Below, in pieces: positions 53,584 to 64,000 of a DNA stretch of 64,000 nt. The notes beneath the pieces were generated by a model, which worked only from the letters and a program-made list of their open reading frames with translations, had not been told where the DNA came from and ran no database searches. A program made the translations under genes and the position numbers. The stretch's first letter is position 1; the number at the start of each line of letters is the position of its first letter. Source of the stretch: Eledone cirrhosa (Eukaryota); contig CAXHJY010000142.1 in the NCBI GenBank assembly GCA_964016885.1, positions 23,820 to 87,819 on the forward strand, written 5' to 3'.

Positions 53584-54599
53584 ATGTTTTATAAAGAGAG
53601 AGAGAGTGTGAGGGAGATGTGGGGGGAGGGAGTGAGAGACAAAGAGAGAAAGTCAATAGCCAGCTGAAATTTCCACAATATAAGCTTCTTGACAATTTCC
53701 ACAATAGGGGAATTACATTTTTAAGTAGATGGAGTGGAAGAGGTGATAGGATGTAATAGGAGCGGAGGGAGAGGAGATGAATAAATAAAGACAATAAATA
53801 AATAAACTAATGAAGATAAAAACTCTAAAAAACAAATAGAAAATGTGTTGTTGAATGTTTTTTTCTTAGAAATTCAACAAGCAGTTTTTATAATGGTTTC
53901 TATTTTAGGCACAAGGCCAGCAATTTTGGGGGATGGGAAAGTCGATTAAATCGACCCCAGGGCATTACTGGTACTTCACTATACCAACCCCATAATAATG
54001 GTTTCTTATATAGGCACAAGGCCAGCAATTTTGGGGAGAGGAAAATCGATTAAATCGAACCCAGCGTGTTACTGGTACTTTACTTTATTATCGACCCCGT
54101 AAGGATGAAAGGCAAAATTAACCTCGGCGGGATTTGAACTCAGACCGTAAAGGGTCGTAACTCTATGCTGCAAAGCATAGCATCCGACTCTCTGCCAATC
54201 CACAATGGTTTCTTATATAGGCACAAGGCCAGCAATTTTGGGGTGAGGGGAAAGTCGATTAAATCAACCCCCAGTGCATTACTGGTATTTCATTTTATCG
54301 ACTCTGTAAGGATGAAAGGCAAAGTTAACCTTGACGAGATTTGAAATCAGATTGTAAACGGACCTGATTGGTTTCTACAGCTGGATGCCCTTCCTAACGC
54401 CAACCAAATTTTCAGGGGTTAGGGAGTGAGGAAGGTACCCTTAAACTGGAGACCTGTTCCCAAATACTTGCAACAGGGTGAAGGATCTCAGAGAACAAGT
54501 GGATAGATTAAATCTACCACCCAGGTCACAGCAGGATTTGAATTCAGAATACTGAGAACCAGAACAGATACTTGTCTTGTACCAACTTCCCTATCTCCA

Positions 54600-55200
54600 C
54601 CATCAACACAATACTTCTTTTACCACTAGCACCACCACCAACACCAGCAGCACCACTACTACTACCACTATCACTACCACCAGCACCACCACCACTATCA
54701 CCACCACCACAACCACTACCATTATTACCTGCACCACCAACACCAGCAGCACCACTACTACTACCACTATCACTACCACCAGCACCACCACCACTATCAC
54801 CACCACCACCACCACTACCATTATTACCTGCACCACCAACACCAGCAGCACCACTACTACTACCACTATCACTACCACCAGCACCACCACCACTATCACC
54901 ACCACCACAACCACTACCATTATTACCTGCACCACCAACAGCAGCAGCACCACTATCACCACCAACACCAGCAGCACCACTACTACTACCACTATCACTA
55001 CCACCAGCACCACCACCACTATCACCAACACCACAACCACTACCATTATTACCTGCACCACCAACACCAGCAGCACCACTATCACCACCAACACCAGCAG
55101 CACCACTACTACTACCACTATCACTACCACCAGCACCACCACCAGCACTATCACTATGACCGCTATCACTACCATCACTACCACCACCACCACCACCACT
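54600..55200. repeat. (CCA/CTA)-rich triplet repeat with higher-order duplication
   Basis: Repeated ACCATTATTACCTGCACCACCAACACCAGCAGCACC blocks. Confidence 0.85.
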
Positions 55201-55689
55201 ATTGACTTTTATAAACCATGATGTGAATAAAGAGTAAGTCTTCATGGAAACATTGAACTGTATGGGTGTGTGTTTGCATATATCTAGTTATAGGATAGGG
55301 GTGGTATGGTGGTGTTAGTGGGGGTGGTGGTAGTGACGGTGGGGGTGGTAGACAGTGGGGTGGTGGTGGTGGTAGACAGTGGGGTTGGTAGTAGTGACAG
55401 TTGGATGGCAGTGGTGGTGGTGTTGTGTGTGAATGATTGTGTGTGTGTTGATGGTTATTTAAATATGATGATGATGATGAATATAAATAGATAGTATATC
55501 TCTCTAATGAAGTGTGTGTATATGACAGTGTTATATAACATGTGTATAATAATGTGTGTGTGTGTATCTATGTATTTGACCCAATTTCTCTGTTAATGGC
55601 TATTTGAGTAAATAGTTTGGTTAATTCAATTTCTTTTGTCCTGGCTTTTCTTCTTATTTCATCTAACTTTCTTGTATTAGTGGAGGGGG

Positions 55690-55960
55690 ACTGGCCTGGT
55701 GGTTGGGATGTGGCCTGGTGGTTGGGGTGTGGCCTGGTGGTTGGGGTGTGGCCTGGTGGTTGGGATGTGGCCTGGTGGTTGGGTTGTGGCCTGGTGGTTG
55801 TGGTGTGGGCTGGTGGAGGGGGACTGGCCTGGTGGTTGGGATGTGGCCTGGTGGTTGGGATGTGGCCTGGTGGTTGGGATGTGGCCTGGTGGTTGGGGTG
55901 TGGCCTGGTGGTTGGGATGTGGCCTGGTGGTTGGGATGTGGCCTGGTGGTTGTGGTGTGG
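55690..55960. repeat. 19-bp G-rich minisatellite
   Basis: TGGCCTGGTGGTTGGGATG repeated. Confidence 0.9.
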
Positions 55961-56106
55961 GCTGAGCACTTTTTGTCATGACACCTCCACAACCACTTTA
56001 CAGTGTGGGCTGAGCACTTTTTGTTGTGTCACCTCCACGACCACTTTACAGTGTGGGTTTGGAAGCTTTTTGTCATGACACCTACAATATATATATTTAT
56101 ATATAC

Positions 56107-56154
<48 letters not shown>

Positions 56155-56280
56155 GTATATATAATTCAAATTTCAAAGATATGCTTAGAGAGAGAGAAAG
56201 AGTCATATATCATTTGAGAAATAGCATTTTGTACAAATCTATAATACAAATAATATTCATGAAAAAATACATACTTAAGA

Positions 56281-56331
<51 letters not shown>

Positions 56332-56468
56332 AGATCAAAAGATGGTTAAAAGAGTTCCATGTATTGATCTTATATATTATGTATACTCCAGTCCTACAAA
56401 CTGTCGAGTGCTTCTTATCCGATATCTGCATTGCTTTATTGTACTACAATAGAACTCACCTCCTACAT

Positions 56469-56525
<57 letters not shown>

Positions 56526-57521
56526 GTGTGTGTGTGTATGTTGATACCACCATCATCAACGTTTTTACATCAACATTTCCATGTCGACATAGGTCGAAGA
56601 CGACTTTTTATGGCAATATTTTATAGTTGGATGGTTTTTCTGTCATTTCTTATATGACATGCTGGGATAATGGTGGACCTAGTCTGAACTGGTTATATAT
56701 AATTTCTAGTGGAAGCAACTTGTGTGTGCACATACACACATACATATAGTCACAGTCACACATACACACACACACATACACACATTCACTCATACACACA
56801 CACACATACACACACACACATACACACATTCACTCATACACACACACTCACATACACACGCAAACCCACACACACATTTAGGTAGCGTGTGTATATAGTG
56901 GTGGTAGTGGTTGTGTGTGTGTGTTTCTAGTGGTGGTGGTGGTGTGTGATGTGTGTGTATAGTGGTGGTGGTGGTGGTGGTGTTGTATGTGTATATAGTG
57001 GTGGTGGTGGTGGTGGTGGTGTGCTGTGTATATAGTGGTGGTGGTGGTGGTGCTGTGTATATAGTGATGATGGTGGTGGTGTATGTATATATAATGGTGG
57101 TGGTGGTGGTGTGTATATAATGATGATGGTGTTGGTGGTGTGTATATTGTGGTGGTGGTGGTGGTGCGGTGTGTATACAGTGATGATGGTGGTGGTGTAT
57201 CTATATATAATGGTGGTGGTGGTGGTGTGTATATAATGATGATGGTGTTGGTGGTGGTATGTGCATATAATGATGATGGTGGTGGTGTGTATATAGTGGT
57301 GGTGGTGGTGGTGTGTATATAGTGGTGGTGGTGGTGGTGTATGTATATATAATGGTGGTGGTATGTGTATATAATGATGATGGTGGTGGTGTGTATTGTG
57401 GTGGTGGTGGAGTGTTTCTATGGAGACAATAGAGAAATTATGTAAAAGACATAAAACTCCTCACAGCTGTTGTTATGGTGGAACCATGGCAATTGATGGA
57501 ACATTACTGTTGTATATGTTA

Positions 57522-58605
57522 GGGTGGTGGTGGTGGTGGTGGTGGTGGTGGTGGTGGTGGTGGTGGTGGTGGCACCTGTGGTGGTGGTGTTGGTGGTGGT
57601 GGTGGTGGTGGTGGTGGTGGTGGTGGTGGTGGTGGCACCTGTGATGGTGGTGGTGGTGGTGTTGATGGTGGCACCTGTGGTGGTGGTGGTGGTGGTGGTG
57701 GCACCTGTGATGGTGGTGGTGGTGGTGGTGGCACCTGTGGTGGTGGTGTTGGTGGTGGTGGTGGTGGTGATGATGGGGATGGCACCTGTGATGGTGGTGG
57801 CACCTGTGGTGGTGGTGGTGGTGGTGTTGATGGTGGCACCTGTGGTGGTGGTGTTGGTGGTGGTGGCACCTGTGGTGGTGGTGTTGGTGGTGGTGGCACC
57901 TGTGGTGGTGGTGTTGGTGGTGGTGGTGGTGATGGTGATGGTGGTGGTGGTGGTGTTGGTGGTGGTGGTGGAACCTGTGATGGTGGTGGTGGTGTTGATG
58001 GTGGCACCTGTGGTGGTGGTGTTGGTGATGGTGGTGGTGGCACCTGTGGTGGTGGTGGTGGCACCTGTGATGGTGGTGGTGGTGTTGATGATGGTGGTGG
58101 GGTTGGTGGTGGTGGTGGGGGTGGTGTTGATGATGGTGATGGCACCTGTGATGGTGGCACCTGTGATGGTGGTGGTGGTGGTGGTGGTGGTGGTGTTGAT
58201 GGTGTTGGCACCTGTGATGGAGGTGGTGGTGTTGGCACCTGTGATGGAGGTGGTGGTGTTGGCACCTGTGATGGAGGTAGTGGTGTTGGCACCTGTGATG
58301 GAGGTGGTGGTGTTGATGATGGTGATGGCACAGGTGATGGTGGTGGTGGTGATGGCACCTGTGATGGTGGTGGTGGTGGTGTTGATGATGGTGATGGAGG
58401 TGATGGTGGTGGTGGTGTTGGCACCTGTGATGGTGATGGTAGTGGTGATGGTGTTGATGATGGTGATGGCACCTGTGATGGGGGTGATGGTGGTGGTGGT
58501 GTTGATGATGGTGATGGCACCTGTGGTGGTGGTGGTGTTGATGATGGTGATGGCACATGTGATGGGGGGTGATGGTGGTGGTGGTGGTGGTGGTGGTAGT
58601 GGTGA
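57522..58605. repeat. (GGT)n array punctuated by GCACCTGTG
   Basis: Visible; the triplet phase is preserved. Confidence 0.9.
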
Positions 58606-58989
58606 CTTACCATATCAACACTGGCTGTGTGTATTCTGAGTTCAAATCCCACCCCACCCTCTCTCACTGGTAAAATGGTGGTATGATAAGATGAGAGTGG
58701 GGACGGAGTGCTGGTTGCTATCATTAAAAACTGGGTCCAAGAGGGTCCATTAATGAGATGTGAATATGTAAACCTTATGGGAGGCTGGCTAAACATGCTC
58801 AGGTATCAGCTGTGATAACAACAACAACAACAACAGTAGCAATGACAGGCTGTCATAATGATGTTTGTGTGTGTATGTGTGTGTATGTGTGTAGGCCTCG
58901 CTATGTATGTGTCTGCGTTTGTGTGTATGCTTGTGTTTGCAGGCATGAGTCTGTGTATGTGCACTTGTGTGCATGTGTGTGTGTGTGCG

Positions 58990-58990
58990 C

Positions 58991-59022
<32 letters not shown>

Positions 59023-59645
59023 ATGTATATGTATATGTATATATATGTATATATATATGTATATATGTGTATATATATGTATATATATATGTATATATGT
59101 GTATATGTAGATATATGGATATATATGTGTATATGTATATATATGTATATGTATATATATATGTATATATATATGTATATATATATGTATATATATATGT
59201 ATATATATATGTGTATATATATGTATATATGTATATATATGTATATATATATGTATATGTATATATATGTATGTATATGTATGTATATGTATATATATGT
59301 ATATATATATGTATATATATGTATATATATATGTATATATATGTATATATATGTATATGTATATATATATGTATATATATGTATATATATGTATATGTAT
59401 ATATATGTATATATATGTATATATATGTATATATATGTATATATATGTGTATATATATGTATATATATGTGTATATATATGTATATATATATGTATATAT
59501 ATGTATATATATGTATATATATATATATGTATATATATGTATATATATGTATATGTATATATATGTATATATATATATGTATATATATATATGTATATAT
59601 ATGTATATATATATATATATATATACATATATGTGTGTGTGTGTG
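58990..59645. repeat. (TA/TG)n microsatellite
   Basis: Visible dinucleotide repeat. Confidence 0.95.
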
Positions 59646-60307
59646 TTCATCTGTATGTGCTTATGTGCCACTGATGTGTGTATTTTTGTATGTGTATCAC
59701 TGGTTAATATGTAGTAACAAACACAAACGACCTTCAACCACCCCATACTTCCCCCCCCCCATACCACCACCACCCTCTCTGCCCCCCTTCATCAGTTTGA
59801 AAGGAAGAAGAACCACCTATGAACAAACTATCGTACTAATTATGTTAATAATCTAATTAGACTTGCCATTAGACATGTCTAAATTGATTAATATCACATT
59901 GGCCGATAACTAAGTTTCTCTATAATAACCAGTCTCCATTGCCCACCTGAAGCTTCTTTAATAATTAACTTTCCAATACTTATTAATTCTAAATACTAAA
60001 TGATTGTTGTTATTGCCTTCGATCAATCATTGGTAATTGATTAACCCATTTCTGATCAAAATCTCTGCTTCTGATTTTTACATAATTTTTGAAAATAATC
60101 AACAAAATTTGAGGGTATTTAGTAATCTATGTTGTAATAAATATAAACACTTTAAAACAGACATTGGCATTTTTTTTTATTAATCATAGAACAAAGACTG
60201 GTTTTAACCAGTTTGAGAACAAAATGGTTGGATAATTTTGAAAATAATGAAGAATTTGGTGGAGATTAGTAACAGAACTAATTTTCTCATGGTGTTTAGA
60301 GAATAAC

Positions 60308-60536
60308 GTAACCCTTTAGCATTTAAACCAGCCATATTCAGCCAGAATTCTCTAACCTCTTTCTGATCAAACCGGCCGTAACTGGCTGCTCATACTTATG
60401 TTAAGGTATTGTTCTCAAAATAAATAATATCAAAATCTGCTAGTTTTGATATTATGTGAGATAATTATGTAAGGTAAAGCCTTTAATGTGAAAATATAAT
60501 AATAAACATAGAGTAATGTAAATCGTAAAGGGTTAA
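60308..60536 (+). mobile_element. piggyBac-like MITE
   Basis: CCCTTTAGCATTTA ... TAAATCGTAAAGGG-TTAA; same family as 44285. Confidence 0.7.
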
Positions 60537-61964
60537 CCATTTTGTTACCATATTTCTAAAGAAAAACACTGCTTATGATTTTAAAATCATTTTGAAAATA
60601 ATCAAGAATTTGGAGGGATTTAGTAATATAACTAATTTTCTCATTAAGTTGGCGATTGGAACATAACATAACAATGGTTGTTACATAAACATGAATGCTT
60701 CAAGGTAAACAGTTTTGTATCATGTTCCCAGTTCAAAATATGGCACCCATGCCTGTCAATGTATGAATTTGGTTGCAACAGCTGTGGCATTCCTCTGCTC
60801 TTTAGAACTGGTTGGTGTCTTGTGCCAGCTACACTAAGGCACTTCTGACTCACACATGTCTTTCCCCCTTCTCCCTACATCCAGTCCTTCTTCCCCCATT
60901 CCCCAGAATGTTGACTCTATGGAATTCCCTCTGGCCATGTTTTTCTTGTAGTGTGTTGTCTTGCAACTGTTCAAGGGGAAACTTGTTTGTACTCAATGAC
61001 ATGGGTCAGGATGACCCATACGACCCATGTCAGTGTTTGTATGTATATATAATGTGTGCGTGTGTGTGTGTGTGTGTGGGTGGGGGTATATACATATATA
61101 TAATATATACAGTGATCTGTCTTATGGGTTGTCACTGTCAGTGACCAGACAGGTCACACTTAGGGTCATCATAGTCTGAGACCAGAGAAGTCACAGTGAC
61201 TTGTCTTGCTCATGTTTCATATTTGTCATGGTTTCTATGGCCCCTCATGATGCCAACCACCTTACAGTGGGTATTACATGCAGCATTTTAACACGTCCCC
61301 AACCCACAGTCCCTCCAGGCCAAAGGGTCCTCTTAAACCTTATATAGTCTCTGTTTGATCACTAATACTGTAGCTTCTGGTCTCACACTACAAACATCCA
61401 CACGGACACACACACACACACACTCATTCATGCACTCACTCACTCTCACACATATGCACACACACACACACACACTCACTCACACTCATTCATGCACTCA
61501 CTCACGCTCACACATATGCACACACACACACACACTCACTCACACTCATTCATGCACTCACTCACGCTCACACATATGCACACACACACTCACTCACACT
61601 CATTCATGCACTCACTCACTCTCACACATATGCACACACACACACACTCACACTCATTCATGCACTCACTCACTCTCACACACACACACACGGACACACA
61701 CACACACACACGGACACACACACACACACACGGACACACGCACACACACTCATTCATGCACTCACTCATTCTCACACATATGCACACACACACACACACA
61801 TTTTTTATGTAATAAATCAATATAAAAGTTACATCATGTAAAATAACTGAAATGTGCAGTTTGTGTATACATATATAGATAACACACATACACACACACA
61901 CATATATACCTTTATATATATACATATATCTTTATAGATATATACACACACCCACAAACACTCG

Positions 61965-64000
<2,036 letters not shown>

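Noticed and set aside
54544-55245. Gly/Ser-rich, Pro-rich or Thr-rich ORFs resembling structural proteins
   Set aside because: Several frames on both strands are open because of triplet repeats. No signal peptide or convincing splice context was seen.
57473-58796. extensin-like or His-rich ORFs
   Set aside because: A (GGT)n expansion is open in several frames, and no independent coding evidence was seen.

Overview
AT-rich, microsatellite-saturated animal genomic DNA. The SINE/RTE repeat repertoire points to a coleoid cephalopod (octopod-like); this is inferred, not verified. There is one clear host gene: the spliceosomal WD40 protein PLRG1/Prp46, with only two coding exons (7583-8500, 10225-10737) and a compact CRE/ETS/YY1 promoter. 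A GC-rich 3' fragment of a CRE-like restriction-endonuclease non-LTR retrotransposon lies just upstream of it. The rest is tRNA-SINEs, RTE LINE tails, piggyBac-like MITEs, several minisatellites (including a ~7 kb array of 32-39 bp units with higher-order structure) and simple repeats. The most notable signal is absent from the ORF track: about a dozen type-I hammerhead ribozyme motifs from at least 8 unrelated sequence families. They sit in short non-coding elements embedded in (TA)n, often with long fold-back inversions and a shared downstream RCTC...GAGY hairpin, consistent with Penelope-like or retrozyme-like elements. Nearly all long ORFs in the track are translations of simple repeats. 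All folding and alignment was done by eye.
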